DNA of 64,000 nt, taken from positions 49,848,001 to 49,912,000 of the forward strand of contig OX597825.1 of the NCBI GenBank assembly GCA_951406725.2. Reading direction: 5' to 3'. Position 1 is the first letter of the stretch, and every line of letters begins with the position of its first letter. The DNA comes from Octopus vulgaris. Taxonomy: Eukaryota. The notes beneath the pieces are model-generated. The model saw only the letters and a list, made by a program, of their open reading frames with translations. It searched no databases and was not told the origin of the DNA. This document shows, one piece after another, positions 1 to 13,629 of this stretch. Position numbers and translations under genes: made by a program.

Positions 1-152
1 TATCTCATCAAAGCAACCGCGTGTTAATTGCTCTAATCTTATAGCAACCATTTAGCTTCAATTGGAGCACTAGCCGAGTTCTGAAATACTCTTTTCTATA
101 CATTTCTTTCATCTTTAGTTCATTCATCTTATCTCTTTCAATGATACCCAGG
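1..152 (-). pseudogene. R4/Dong-type LINE RT-thumb fragment
   Basis: Translates YLGIIERDK...EYFRTRLVLQLKLNGCYKIRAINT, matching YKYLGILEMDK...EYLRRLRLILKSKLNGRNTIEAINTWA at ~61950-62090; abuts (TTA)n. Confidence 0.8.
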
Positions 153-440
<288 letters not shown>

Positions 441-441
<1 letters not shown>

Positions 442-1088
442 ACTGTTGAGTCAAACAGCAATGCAACTCATCGAAGTGACACTGAGTTAAAATATACGAA
501 GTTCAATATACCCATCATGATTATTCGTCTGTTAAAAATACACTAGGCATATGATCGCCACATATCAATATAAAAAACGCCATGAGCTTGCAGGTGGGCC
601 CCAGTAAGAATATTTTTCAGGTAGAGTAACCCATTCCGCTCAAATGGTCCCTGAATAACGTTTGTTTAAGGAGGCTGAGCGAAACAGCCATGTTTCCAGA
701 AGTGATTTATTCAAATCCCAAAGAATTCTTCAACATATCTATTTCTTTATTACCCACAAGGGACTAAACACAGAGAGGACAAACAAGGACAGACAAATGG
801 ATTAAATCGATTATATCGACGCCAGTGCGTTACTGGTACTTATTTAATCGACCCCGAAAGGATGAAAGGCAAAGTCAACCTCGGCGGAATTTGAACTCAG
901 AGCGTAGCGGCAGGCGAAATACCGCTAAACATTTCGCCCGGCGTGCTAACGTTTCTGCCAGCTCGCCGCCCTTTCTTCAACATATATATGATTCTCCTCC
1001 AATGCTCCTGTTCGTGATTAGAGATGCACGTATCATCAACGACTATGGGTCATGCTCAACCGGTTAAGTTCAAGCAAATCTGTGGTAT
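441..1088 (-). mobile_element. Unclassified ~550 bp non-coding interspersed repeat (copy 1), interrupted by a SINE
   Basis: Reverse-complement homologue of 49251-49800; resumes after the 739-972 SINE. Confidence 0.8.
739..972 (-). mobile_element. tRNA-derived SINE family A with 13-bp TSD
   Basis: Minus 5' GGCGGCGAGCTGGCAGAAACGTTAGC, B-box GAGTTCAAATTCC, central GCCTTTCATCCTTTCGGGGTCGAT motif (Meta/Sauria-like by recollection); TSD TTCTTCAACATAT at 726-738 and 973-985. Confidence 0.95.
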
Positions 1089-2830
1089 TGTTGTGATGAG
1101 AGTCACAATACCCCATTACGAGAAATAGGCACGATTATAGATAGTAGCGGTAGGAGTGTGAAGTTTGTGTGTTAGTTCGAGTTGAGTTTGCAGGGAAGTC
1201 GGAAGGTGTCGGTTGGTTAGTTTGTTTGGAATATTGATTGTTGATTCGTGAAGAGATTGTTGGGCCGTTACGTTGTTATTACGGCTGCATCGTTATCTTG
1301 TTTACTGTTATTACACTGGGACATTGTATCTAAGCCATATGTCATAATATCGTGTCCGTACCACGGCATTTGGAGACGGAAGATACAACACCTGGACAAC
1401 ACTTGGCGACGAGGGTTTCGAAGCTCAGTAGGTTGTTCAACAATTCGTTCGTGATACAACTTGTTAAATGATGGAAGACTTATTAGCTTCTATAATACAG
1501 TTGCAAAAGCAACAACGCGAACAGCAACAAAAGTTGCAGAAGTAACTAGTACACTAACAACTACAGCAAAGCACTTGTTAGAGTTATACTCAAAGAAGTC
1601 CAAAAATACAGTAGGTTCCTTTTCGCCAGACGGCACATCGAACACCATAACATAATTCAGTTATAACCAAGTGGTGGGTATAATTTTTACAACGCACTAC
1701 AGAAGGTACGAGATTTTTCAAGATTGCAAAACATGGTCGGATGAAGAAAAAGTAAGGTTTGCATTATTTAAATTAGCTCCGTCTGAGCATGGACGACTCA
1801 GTAAATTCATATTGCCCCAAAAGTCTAGTGAAATTTGTTTTCAGGAAGCAATAAAACTACTGTCTAACATGTTCGGTGATAAAACTTCTCTACTTAATAC
1901 TCGAATGGAGTGTTGGAATTTAACTAAGAAAGATGATAATGACATTATTACGTATGTATGAACAGTCAACAGAATATGTGAAAGTTTAAGCTTAAAGAAC
2001 TTACTCCTGAGATGTTTAATTGTCTCATTTTATACAAGTCATTACAAAAAACGAAGATACAGAAATACGGACAAACATTCTTTCAAAACTTGAACAAGGG
2101 AACCAAAATTTAATCCTGCAGTCTGTTGCAGAAGAGTGTCAAAGGATGGTGAATTTGAAACCCGACGTAAGAAAATTTCAAGAAGATTTCACAAGAATAC
2201 AGTTATGTGGATCGAGAAAGTTTAAGTAAAGAATATTGCTACGTCTTAATTATGGATATGGAGGCCTACGGTTCAGAAAAGATTGTCCTTTTCAAAATTA
2301 ACATGTTACAGAATTCACACTGCAGAACAAAAGTAGAAAGGTCAATTTACGACTAGATACTGGTGGTGACATTGATATCTATTTCTTTACCACCTACAAG
2401 GGGCTAAACACAGAGAGAAGAAACAAGGACAGACACACGGATTAAGTCGATTATATCGACCCCAGTGCGTAACTGGTACTTATTTAATCGACTCCGAAAG
2501 GATGAAAGGCAAAGTCGACCTCGGCGGAATTTGAACTCAGAACGTAACGGCAGACGAAATACTACTAAGCATTTCGCCAGGCTAACGTTTTTGCCTACTC
2601 GCCGCCTTCATATCATTAACACAGACGCGTGGAAGAAAACAGAGAAACTTATGTTAAGAAAAACAGCGAAAACTGCTCGTGGAGTGACGGGTGACAAAAC
2701 TTTTGTAGGCAAAAGGTTGAATGATATCACATTTCGAGTAAAAACTTGTAAAGTGAAAGTTTTCGTCGTAAAGAACGCACACAATCTGTTTTTTCCCGAA
2801 TGGTGGGAGTTCCTTGATTTATGGGATCTC
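1089..2830 (+). mobile_element. Gypsy (Mag-like) LTR retrotransposon relic: 5' LTR, PBS, degenerate gag and protease
   Basis: LTR TGTTG...CAACA 1089-1401; PBS-like TGGCGACGAG 1404-1413; gag-like HYRRYEIF..W..EEKVR...KL...ILP...FGDKTSLLNTR; aspartic protease LDTGGDI at ~2353-2373; stops and frameshifts. Confidence 0.85.
2375..2606 (-). mobile_element. SINE family A inserted in the Gypsy protease
   Basis: Near-identical to 739-972; protease frame resumes (IINTDAWKK) after it. Confidence 0.93.
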
Positions 2831-2919
2831 CTGATATATATATATGTGTCTGTGTGTGTGAGTGTGTGTGTGTGTGACCGCATATATATATGTATATGTA
2901 TATATGTGTGTGTGTGTGT

Positions 2920-3840
2920 GTGTGACCGCTTGTGTTTCGTTGGCTATTTTCTTTCCTCCTCTTCCCTTCCTTGGACCTTTCCTTTTTCTGTTTCTTACGA
3001 AGAGCTCCACTCGAAACGTTAAATCCTCCTTCTTTCTTTCCTTTCTTGAGTGTCCAATAACACTATACTTGTTCCACGTCCTCGCGCTGTTGTGTTTTCT
3101 CTTTGTTCATGTTTGAATTAACTGTATATATATATAAATTCTGTACGACTCTTACTCTTTCCTTTAGCCCCTTTCACAGTTTCTTCGTTCCTTCCAGTTT
3201 TCTTTTTCTCGCTGCCACATCTCACACATTTCTTGGCACTCTCTTCATTCTCATGACTTTCCCCCTCCTTTACCTCAGTTTGTCCCTTTCCTTTTTTTCT
3301 CTCTTTTTTGTCCCTCCCTAATTTTTCAACACCACTACACACTGCCTCTCTCCTCTCGTTCCACGTGAACGGTGTTCGACCAAGCCTGACCTTTCTTTCT
3401 TGGTACGACTACCATCCGTGTAGCATCTCTCTTATTTCTTCCCGTAACCTTCATCTAGGTTCCTGCCGTAAAGCTTCACATTCACACACGCCAGTTCAAT
3501 TTAATTCGTCCTTAGTCGAAAGACACCAGTTATTAATGCCCTGTTGTTTGTATTTGTAATTGTGTACCATTTCTCCGTTCTTTTTACGTCCTTGTTTTCG
3601 TATACATTCGCTTGCCTTCTTCCAAAGAATCTATTGCTCTTAGCTTAGATTTCCTTGGGGCCAGCCAGATTAGAGCAGTCTCGAGATCAACCGGCCAAAA
3701 CGGCAAAGATGATCTGCGTCTCGACTGAAGATTGAAAGCTCCGAATGACCCGTCCTTGTTTTTTCCTGTCCATTTTTGTATCACCTACTGTCCGAATGTT
3801 TTGTTAACGCCTGTTACGTTCTTGTTTCTTTTTTTGTTTT
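2920..3840 (+). mobile_element. Probable Penelope-like terminal (pLTR) repeat region
   Basis: Pyrimidine-rich region with CTTACGAAGAG...CTCGAAACGTT motif typical of PLE termini; no ORF. Confidence 0.5.
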
Positions 3841-4598
3841 GATATCATATAGAGTGCTCCTAAAATTGTTATTTTTATATCTTATTCCTACTTTTCTTTA
3901 ATATTAATCTGATTACTATTAATATATATTGATACAAATATATATTGATATGCAAATAGTTTACTTTATATATTTACTTTTTTATTTTGAAATGTCTCCG
4001 AATTACCAAACAAATAAGGTAATTATGAGACATTAGAACTTTCCACCAAACATTTGTATTAGTTAATCACAAAGGTGTCGACCACAGCCGCACTTCGTGT
4101 CCATATTATGTTCAATTAGCGAGCTAAAATCAAGTGATTACTTAATATAAAAAGGTCATCTCCCCAAAGAGTTGTAGAATCGTGACGATATAGCGAGCAG
4201 ATACAGTTTGTCAGGAATGTTCAGACTACGTAGCTCTGCTGTACATAATCAAAGAATTTCATCTTATCTCCGGTGGTTAGGATAATATTTTCTTTATGAA
4301 AATTAATCAATTCCATCGTATGATCACGTCCACAAATAACTGTTCAGTAATTGCTATCAGAATATTAAACAAAAATGGAAAAACTCGGAGACAGAAAGAA
4401 TGAAGGGATGGGAAATAATCGAGAAAAGTTATAGAATGTGAGAGTATGTGGGAGAAATGAGATTATCGCTTCATTCCGATCGATAGCAATTATGGTAAAA
4501 TAAAATTGGGACCATGTAGCTAGAAGTGTGTATATTTTTATCGTATTCATAATATCATATATAATTATACGTATATATATATATGTGTGCGTGAGTGC

Positions 4599-4649
<51 letters not shown>

Positions 4650-5387
4650 CATATGCACACTCACATACACGCACCCGCGAGCTCCTGCACAAACACACAC
4701 AGGCGCACAAACAAACAGGCACATATATTGCCATAATCATTATGTGCGAAGTATGCAGCGATTCTTACCGAACTAAGAATTTTCACATATATCTGTACCT
4801 GTAAGAACAGAAATATCATTTTTAAATATATATATTTTACTATATTTTCGTGCAACCATATAAGAATATCACTATAATAAATCTAAACGCGATATTAATG
4901 AGATATGAGATTATAACAACAACCCAGTAACAAAATTTAGTTCTCAAATCTCGTAAATTCAACAATGTACGAAGCTAAGTGTTTAATTTCAGTCCTCGAC
5001 TGAAGCGAATTAAATCCTCTTTAGTCGAAATTACATCAGAAATAAGTGTCAAATTTACAACTTCACGTTTCTTTTCAAATATAAAACCATCGTTTCTAAT
5101 CACAAGAAATAACAAGGAGAGTTACATGAAATTCTTACAACGGCAGTGTATACAAATATATTGTAGGTTGAAAAACTTTCTCTCCAGATGTGTTACTAAC
5201 CTTCTTGACCATCACAACATCCTATATTTCCTCTGTTCTTAATTTGACACCTTAAACAGATATATAAAGTCTGAGACTAATATCTAAACGATGTTGGTTT
5301 AATTGGAGTTTACTTCCAATTCACATCGGCTTATGACATGGTAATTTAATAAAGAGCACCGCGTATCTATGATTGTATATATTTATA

Positions 5388-6656
5388 CGAGGGGCATTCA
5401 ATAAGTAATGCCCCTGACCCACTTCCCATAGCAGTAGAGCAACGACACTTGGCACAGGTATTAGTCTTCTTTTACATAGGAACCACCCAGTGTTACGCAT
5501 TTCTCCCATCGTTTGATGCAGCTCTAGAGACCGTTTTTGTAGAAGACCCCAGCTTGGTCCTCCAACCACGACCTGACTTCAGAGATCAAGGCTGCATCAT
5601 CTGGGAAACGCTTTCCTTTCAAAAACAACTTCATGGGTGGGAAGAGGTGAAAATCCGAGGGTGCAAGGTCAGGAGAGAAGGGGGTTGGGGGAGGAGTTCA
5701 TAGCCGCACGCCTGTGCTTCTGATCTGGCGACCATCGAGTTGTGGACCGGAGCGTTGTCCTGCAAGAGGAGGATGCCTTTTCTGATCTTGCCCCGCCTCT
5801 TGATTTTGATAGCTTCTCTTAATTTCCTCAAAAATGAAGCATAACAGGTTCCTGTAATTGTGGTACCCTTTGCCAGGAAATCTGTTATCACTACTCCGTC
5901 CTGGTCCCAGAAGACTGTGAGCATGACCTTGCCAGCGGAGGGCTGCACCCTTGCCTTCTTTGGAGGAGGTGAGTCACGGTGTTTCCACTGCATTGACTGG
6001 GCTTTGGTCTCAGGATCATGGTGATGGACCCAGGTTTAATCCTATGTAATCAGTCTTTTGAAAAATTTTGACTCATCTTCATGGCACATCTCCAAATTCA
6101 TCCTCGAGCACTCGACGCGTTCTTGCTTCTGGAAAGGTGTGAGCAACATGGGAATCCATCTGACAGACACCTTTTGCATATGCAAATGGTCATGAATGAT
6201 AGTTTCCACAGACCCGGTACTAATCGTGACCTCATAGGCTATTTGGCGAATAGTTATTCGTCGATCTTCCAAAATGGCAGCCTCAACTTGACGGACAGAT
6301 GCCTCATCAATAGCAGAAGGAGGGTGACCAGATCTGGGGGCTGTTTCCACAGAGTTCCGACCATGTTTGAAGTCCCGATGCCAGCGTTTTACAAGGTCAT
6401 ATGATGGGGCATCATTACCATAAGTTACTTTCATTTCATCAAAAGTCTCCCGTGGTGTGTGTCCTTTCAAATACAAAACCCGGATCACTGCTCGACACTC
6501 AACAGGCTCCATTTCACACTTGACTCAGTTCAAACACCTGTAAATCAGAAACCACAATTAGTTTAGAGCTGTAATTTGCTACGTAATCTATAGAGATATA
6601 AATAATTGCAAACAATTACAAATGGGTCAATGGCATTACTTACTGAACGTCCCTCG
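5388..6656 (-). mobile_element. Mariner (DD34D) DNA transposon, near full length, copy 1
   Basis: TIRs CGAGGGGCATTCAATAAGTAATGCC / GGCATTACTTACTGAACGTCCCTCG, TA flanks on both sides. Confidence 0.97.
5470..6512 (-). pseudogene. Mariner transposase pseudogene
   Basis: HTH region, RWIP motif, LLQDNAPVH, SPDLAP-SDFHLFP; premature stop 6042-6044 and -1 frameshift ~5680. Confidence 0.93.
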
Positions 6657-6690
6657 TATATACACACACAAACACCCATACGCATGCATT

Positions 6691-6747
<57 letters not shown>

Positions 6748-6956
6748 CCTGAAGATTGCTTGGAGACACAAGGTACGTTATAAAATTCTGTTTAGCCACA
6801 TATCTCAATAGCAATCAACTATTAGCAGCTCTTGCTTTAATACAGTGCACAATAAATGATATTTAGCTTTCAGTGGATGGAGAAATTTTTATTGGTTATT
6901 TCTTAACGGACAGTAAATTACATATATATATATATATGAGTGTGTGCGTGTGTATG

Positions 6957-7021
<65 letters not shown>

Positions 7022-7039
7022 TTATATATGTATTTATAA

Positions 7040-7292
7040 CTTTAAAGGTCCTTCCCGAGTCAAATAGACTCATAGATATAGTTTCCCGATTTCCATGGCG
7101 TATATATTTAGCCTCTTTACAGGACACCGGTTCATTGAAGGATCACTCATTTTTTGCGGCTGAATGCACTGGAGCAACCTATAAAATTAAGTGTTTTCCT
7201 TAAAAACATCACGTGTCACTCGGTCTAAGAATCGAAACCACAATCTTAGGATAATGAGCTCTACAACCTAAACACAAATCCACACGCCTCCT
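7040..7292 (-). mobile_element. tRNA-derived SINE family D, degenerate
   Basis: Minus 5' GGAGGCGTGTGG...GGTTTCGATTC tRNA-like head; body shared with 11100-11240 and ~40050-40150. Confidence 0.65.
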
Positions 7293-8924
7293 CCTTCTCT
7301 CTTTCTCTCTCTCCTTCTCTCACACACATGCGCACACACACACACATATATATGCATATGCGCAGGCATTTATATATCGTACAAGTCGCTGTGTAAATAT
7401 CTAAATAGCAAATTGAGTCCACAGAAGGTAGTTAGACAGAAGAATGTAATAGAATTTTAAATGCAATAATAAGAGACATGTTTAATTTAATTAGTTATTA
7501 AAGAAAAATATTGCAATAACATTTCGTTTGCGAAAAACTCTTAATTAACAAAATGTTTTACTTACATTAATTGGAAACATGTGTCGCAGTGCAGTTCACA
7601 GTTCTTTCACCCGAAATGAAATTATCCATCTAATTGACTTCATTAACTCACTCACTACGAAATAGATGCTAAAAGAGTAACAATGTTGTTAGAAGTAATT
7701 TAATTAAATAAATCATTAAAGGAGTCATTTATAAAAACATAAAACGCATTCAGACTTCAGCAAATATTTTCTATCTTTTGTTTGGTATTTTGATAGGTTT
7801 ATGAAGTTGTATTTCTTTTGTGGCATCGTCAGTGCTAAATTAATTGCAAATGATAGAATGTGTTAGGTTATTATACTGTATTAATAAACAGCTTAATGAA
7901 TAATGAGAGCTTACTTTGGAAATTATAACAAGTAACTTTAATTAATGATTGATTCGAAAGAAGAAATTGGTAGATAGAACCGAGCACACTTGAATATTTT
8001 CTTTTTTTCGTATTTAATTATTTTATCTTGGGAAGGAAACATCCAAAGTTCGCATTCTGTAAATAAATTTATGAAACATTTAAGGCGTCATACCGGTTGA
8101 AATTTAGTCAATGGTGACATGTTATTGTAAATCGTACCTAATGAATGGTTGATGTAATCTACTCTAAAGAAATGAATGATGAATGTTATCTTCTGAGGTA
8201 CTTCCGGTAGTTAATGTATTTTAAATTTATAAGAAAAGCGATAAAATCTCAACATATTGACAAAAATGATACAACTAGGCAAGCGAAAAAAGATATTGTA
8301 AAACAGGCGTTTGAGTCAGTGAAGCAGGGTTAGATACTTTAAGTTTATGATCACAATCGATGTTTTTCTTTCCCGGATATGATTGAAATTGAAGCTAGAT
8401 AAGAAAACCAAAGTGCACTGTATTAACTGACATATACATACATAAATGTCGTCATGAAAAGAAAGATCGTTTCTCAGATATTACACTTAAAACAGGAAGA
8501 AATGTTTTAAACATAGTTTGAGATTGGTGCTTAGTTTACATTTATATGACAATCAACTGAAAACAGACATTGAGGCGCTGAACTTGTATCTCTTGCACAA
8601 ATATCAACAGATCTACTATTACATATTTCTAACATTATCAGCACCACTAAGGGTCTAAACTTTAGCATTGTTAAATTTACTTCATATTTTTTCGGGTTAA
8701 AATCCCTGACATGGTGTCTGCAGAGGATTACTGTTGTGGGTAGGGCTGTCATTGTTTAACTTATGAATGTTGCCGTTAGTATTCATCCAACAATACAGTC
8801 ACTAGAGTGGGCGAAAGGTCTACTATATTGTCGGTTTCGTGCAGGAAGCAAAATGTGCTGTATAATCAATATCGACGCTTATATGAGCCCAAGTATTATT
8901 ATTTACATATCAACTTTATTAGTT

Positions 8925-9135
8925 ATTTGAAATTTCGATAAAGAGCCAGCAACTTTGGGGGAGAATGTAGTCGATAACATTGACCCAGTGTTCAAGTGGT
9001 ACTTATTTTATCGACTTCGAAGGATGGCAGTAAAGTCGACATTGGTCGAATTTCAACTCAGAATGTAAAGACGGACGAAATGCTTCTAAATATTTTACCC
9101 AGCGTGCTAACGATTCATGCTGGCTTGCAGCCTTA
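8925..9135 (-). mobile_element. SINE family A, diverged
   Basis: Homology to 739-972. Confidence 0.85.
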
Positions 9136-10209
9136 TATCACCCTTAATACTAACACTAGTATATATTCGACATAACTATCACCACTACTAACACTTCGAA
9201 TATCAATATCGCTGGTATGAACCAACTATTCTATACCCAATATTCTTGAATATCATTACTAATACACCACTCCTACTGTACCCAACAAAACCATTCATAC
9301 TACAACCGGTACTAACAACAATATAAGTCAATGCTTATTTATATATATCCCACACCTCCTATATCATGAATCACTGTTTATAACGCCGTTACCAGCAAAA
9401 TTAATACTAACGTAACACCCATTCTTTACCCGTTATCACCATTAATACCTCCACGCACAAACATCTCTACGTACTCACTTTCATTACACGTACTGCTAAT
9501 ATTAAAGCTATGAGTTGATAATTGGATTGTCCTGATGGAGCTTGTAGCGTACTAAACCCTCTAAAAGATATGAGAAATTAAGGAAAGCGGTTGTGCTCCT
9601 AGTGTATACATGTTTGCTCATAAGAGTCAATGGGGGTTTATCTTCCTTTCGATCTTGTGCACAGTACAGCACAATGAAATGCGCAAAGAAACAATTTTAG
9701 GTGGGATGCTTACTAAGAAAGGAGGATTGGGGCCAGTAATTAAGTGCAGATTTTGTAAGTACTGAGCCACTTGGTGATAAGAGTAAGAGAATAAGTTGCA
9801 ATAAGAAGTACCTGAGTGGAGATAGCAAGACAGGGCCGGATTTTACTATATTCACAATAAAAGCAGTAGAGGAAGTTGGCAACCTGTAACCAGATTTGCT
9901 GATCTAGTGTTGAGGAATTTCATATAAATAAGGTGGGTGGTCTTTCTCTGAATAATATGTAGGCTATATGCATGTTTAGTAACACATATGCGATCAGTAC
10001 ACCATTATACACCTTACTTGAGATTTGTAGGAGATTAGTAAAAGATGGTAGACTAGACTATCCGCTGGCATATACCTTGTCATGCATTCTTGGTGATATT
10101 GATCAGGTTTATTCACAAAGAGAAGTCTCAAGTGACGCTGACAACTTTTTGTAAGTTGTGGTTTGGATGATTTTGTTACATATTCTTCAGGTTTACGATA
10201 TATGTGGTC

Positions 10210-10299
<90 letters not shown>

Positions 10300-10519
10300 A
10301 CATTAAATATTTTGCTATTGAAAGACTTTGGTGAATATAGATGCAACTTGCAGTGTGAATAGTTTAATAGTATTGAAAGGAACATCATTAGGGCTGGTGT
10401 CCTTGTTTGTTTAAAGCGACTGGAAGTGCTTTGTTATTTATTTTGTACATAAGGTTAAATCTCATAAACTAGTTTTGAAGGAGATATGCCTTGCGTGTAG
10501 ATTGCAGCAAAGGGGCGCA

Positions 10520-11032
10520 ACCGTTCCCACTTTGCGCGCGATTAGACTCGGAAGTTTGCTGACTTTTCGGATGGCACACAGCTATCGATGGGTGGTTGAA
10601 TGACCAAACCCAAACATCTCAGCTACTTCCTCAACAGTTACGATGGGATTTTGTTCCACCAGGGATTGCAGGACGTCCTCGTCAAGCTCTACAGATCTTC
10701 CAGGATGAAAACCGTCTTCTAGGCTTTTGCCTCCGGTTCGGAATTTCTGGAACCATCGTTGACACTGGCTTACGCTTCTTGTCTTATCACTGTATACTGC
10801 ATTAATATTCCTCGCACTTTTCATAGCGCTGTTGCTTTTATTGAACTCATAGAGCAAAATATGCCGAATACGCTCTTTTGTCAACTCCGTTATAACTTTA
10901 ATAAATAACTGTTAAGATGGAACTGCATTTTTCAAAACTTGCACAAAAAATAAGGACAAGGTAAAATTACTACCTGGTTTTATATGAAGTTCATGCAATT
11001 GAAAAAGCTGCATTATTAATGGGATGACCCAG
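10520..11032 (-). mobile_element. Truncated mariner (different family), 5' TIR plus N-terminal transposase
   Basis: RHILLYEFNK...ARNINAVY...CQRWFQKFRTG...LED..PGR...; TIR-like CTGGGTCATCCCATTAATAATGC next to TA. Confidence 0.85.
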
Positions 11033-11099
11033 TAGTACATACGCACGCGTGCGCGCACACACACACACTTACATACACACGTTTATATATAAATGTTTC

Positions 11100-11239
11100 C
11101 TTCTCCAGCCATAATAGGCTCATGAGGGCCGGTTCCCCGGTTTCAGTATTGTATATATTCCCCACCCGAAAGAAACGCCGGTCCGTCAGAAGATTACACT
11201 TTTTTGCCAGCTGATAACCACTAAGCTACGCGCCACCAC

Positions 11240-11240
<1 letters not shown>
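11100..11240 (-). mobile_element. SINE family D fragment
   Basis: Similar to 7040-7180. Confidence 0.55.
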
Positions 11241-11276
<36 letters not shown>

Positions 11277-11502
11277 GTGTTGGTGGGGGACTTTTTGGGG
11301 GTAGGCATAGCGCAAAATATCATACTTGGGGGAGTGAACCCGGGACCTACATATATATATATATATATATATGTATATCAATTGAATAAACTTAAAGGTT
11401 AGTCTAGCTCTCACGTTTCTTATAGTGGTTTTAAAAAATTAATTTTTCTACATTGTTGAAGCGTGTTAAAACATTAGATTTCAAAATGTACTTAACTGAT
11501 AA

Positions 11503-13629
11503 CAGTGGTCAACACCCAATTTTCATCAGGGACATTATATGGTGTTTTATAAGTAGTTTTGTCCGCAGATTTCAAAAATGTAATAGGTTTCCTTCTATCA
11601 GACACAGTTTTTTTCTGACGAGATAAGAGAAGTATATAACTCCCTCAGCAGTATCGCTACACGTAAACGTCTTATACAGGTAAATTCAGACTATGTCAAG
11701 GCATTGCAAGAACAGTCCTGATATATTTTGTCATGTCTGTGGTTCATTTACCACCAAAGCTCAGCAACGTGCCATCACAAGTGGAATCAAGAAGATCTAC
11801 CAGTTATACTTTAGCTGCTCTCTCAGGAAAAAAAGATAAGAGTTGGGCCCCGCACATCATCTGCTCAGTTTTTTCAAATGGACGAAGGGATTGGCTAAAT
11901 AAGAGGACGAGAGCAATGCGTTTGCGATACCTATGATATGGAGAGAACCAAAGGATCATTTCTTGCACTGTTATTTCTGCAACGTTAATGTATTTGGGTT
12001 TACTGTAAAGACCAAGCATAAGATTGTGTATCCCAACTTGGAATCAGCAAGAAGACAGTACCAAACAACGATGATGATCTTCCTATTCCAATACCACCAG
12101 AAAATGGCCTTTAGATGTCTGACGAAGATGTATTTCCTAATGAAAATATTACTGCTGTCGAAGACACCGAAGGAGGTGCAGATTTCACGATTGAAAATGA
12201 AGGCGCATCACATAAATTTTCTCAAGGAGAGTTAAATGATTTAGTTCGAGACTTGTTATTGTCGAAGGATAAAGCTGAACTATTAGCCTACAAGAAAAGT
12301 GTCTGCTTAAGAAAGATGTTTGCATTACTCATTTCAGGAAGAGAAATAGGTGTCGGACTTCATGCTTCTTTGTTGATGGACCACTTTGTTTCAGTAATAG
12401 CACTGATGAGTTATTTCGCTGTTTGTTCCAATAGCATGTTCCAGCTGAATGGCGCTTATTCATTGATTCATCTAAGAGAAGACTCAAGGGAGTACTACTA
12501 CACAATGGCAATAAGAAACCATCCATTCCCGTAGGACATTCAGTGAACATGAAGGAGTGTTATGAATGCATGCAAGTACTCCTCAATGCTATAAAGTATA
12601 CAAACTACAGCTGGAAAATATGTGGAGACTTGAAAGTGATTGGAATGTTGATGGGAATGCAATCTGAGTTCACCAAATATTGATGCTTTTTATGCCTATA
12701 GGACAGTCATGCAACTAACAAGCACTGTGTGCAATCAGAGTGGCCTTTGCGAAAATCATATAAGCCAGGACTTTCTAGCGTCCAGAGTAAGCCACTTTTA
12801 AACCAAGAAAATGTTCTTCTTCCTCCCCTTCATATAAGGCTTGGCCTCATGAAACAATTCGTGAAGACACTTGCCAGGAAAAGCACAAAAGGTTTTGAAT
12901 ATGTAAAGGCCAAATTTCCAAAAATCACTGAGGCAAAACTAAAGGAGGGCGTATTCATAAGTCCGCAGATAAAAGAACTCCTGAGGGACAACCACATCCT
13001 CACATCACTGGATGAGATTGAGCTTAAAGTCTGGGAATCCTTCAAATGGCTCTGAAAATTTCCCAGGCAACATGAGATCTCTAGAGTTTAGAAATGGAGT
13101 GAAATGTCTTCTAGGCTCCTACGCTGCAATGGACTACTGGATGTCACTAAAAGTCCATTTCCTTGATTCACATCTGGACGTTTTTGCAGAGGACCTTGGA
13201 TGAGCAAGAGGAACGCTTTCATCAAGATATTGCATCGATGGAACAACGATATCAAGGATTTTGGAATGCAGGAATGTTAGCTGACTACTGTTAGATGTTA
13301 TACAGGGATGAACCTGAGACAAAGCACCATAGAAAGTCCAAAACCCAAAGATTTTAAGTTGTTATGCATTTTAGTGTATTCTAGCTTATTTGTACACAAT
13401 AATTTTAATTTTGTACAATAAAAAGCCAAGAATTTATTGTATCTTGTATTCAACATACTTTATATTAGACATGCTTTACGTATGCTATAAGTGAAAACAG
13501 CAGGTATCATTAACATGAAAATGATAGAGGAAATCGGACTTCAGATTCGTAATCAGCATAAAAAATTAGCTCAGAAAAGTCAATCAGCAACTCTAATGAT
13601 TAAAAAAAGGTTCATTTTGTTGACCAGGG
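11503..13629 (+). mobile_element. Chapaev3 (CMC) DNA transposon, full length, defective
   Basis: TIR CAGTGGTCAACA / TGTTGACCAGGG; TAA duplication at 11500-11502 and 13630-13632; internal transposase. Confidence 0.9.
11693..13357 (+). pseudogene. Chapaev3 transposase pseudogene
   Basis: MSRHCKNSPDIFCHVCG, DKSWAPH, IWREPKDH..CYFC, ELNDLVRDL.LSK, WRLFIDSS, ICGDLKV, LLPPLHIRLGLMKQFVK, MSLKVHFLDSHLD, ERFHQDI; several frameshifts and stops. Confidence 0.92.

Noticed and set aside
825-1067. Recurrent MRYWYLFNRPRKDERQS-type ORF (also 2465, 47760)
   Set aside because: It is the antisense frame of SINE family A.
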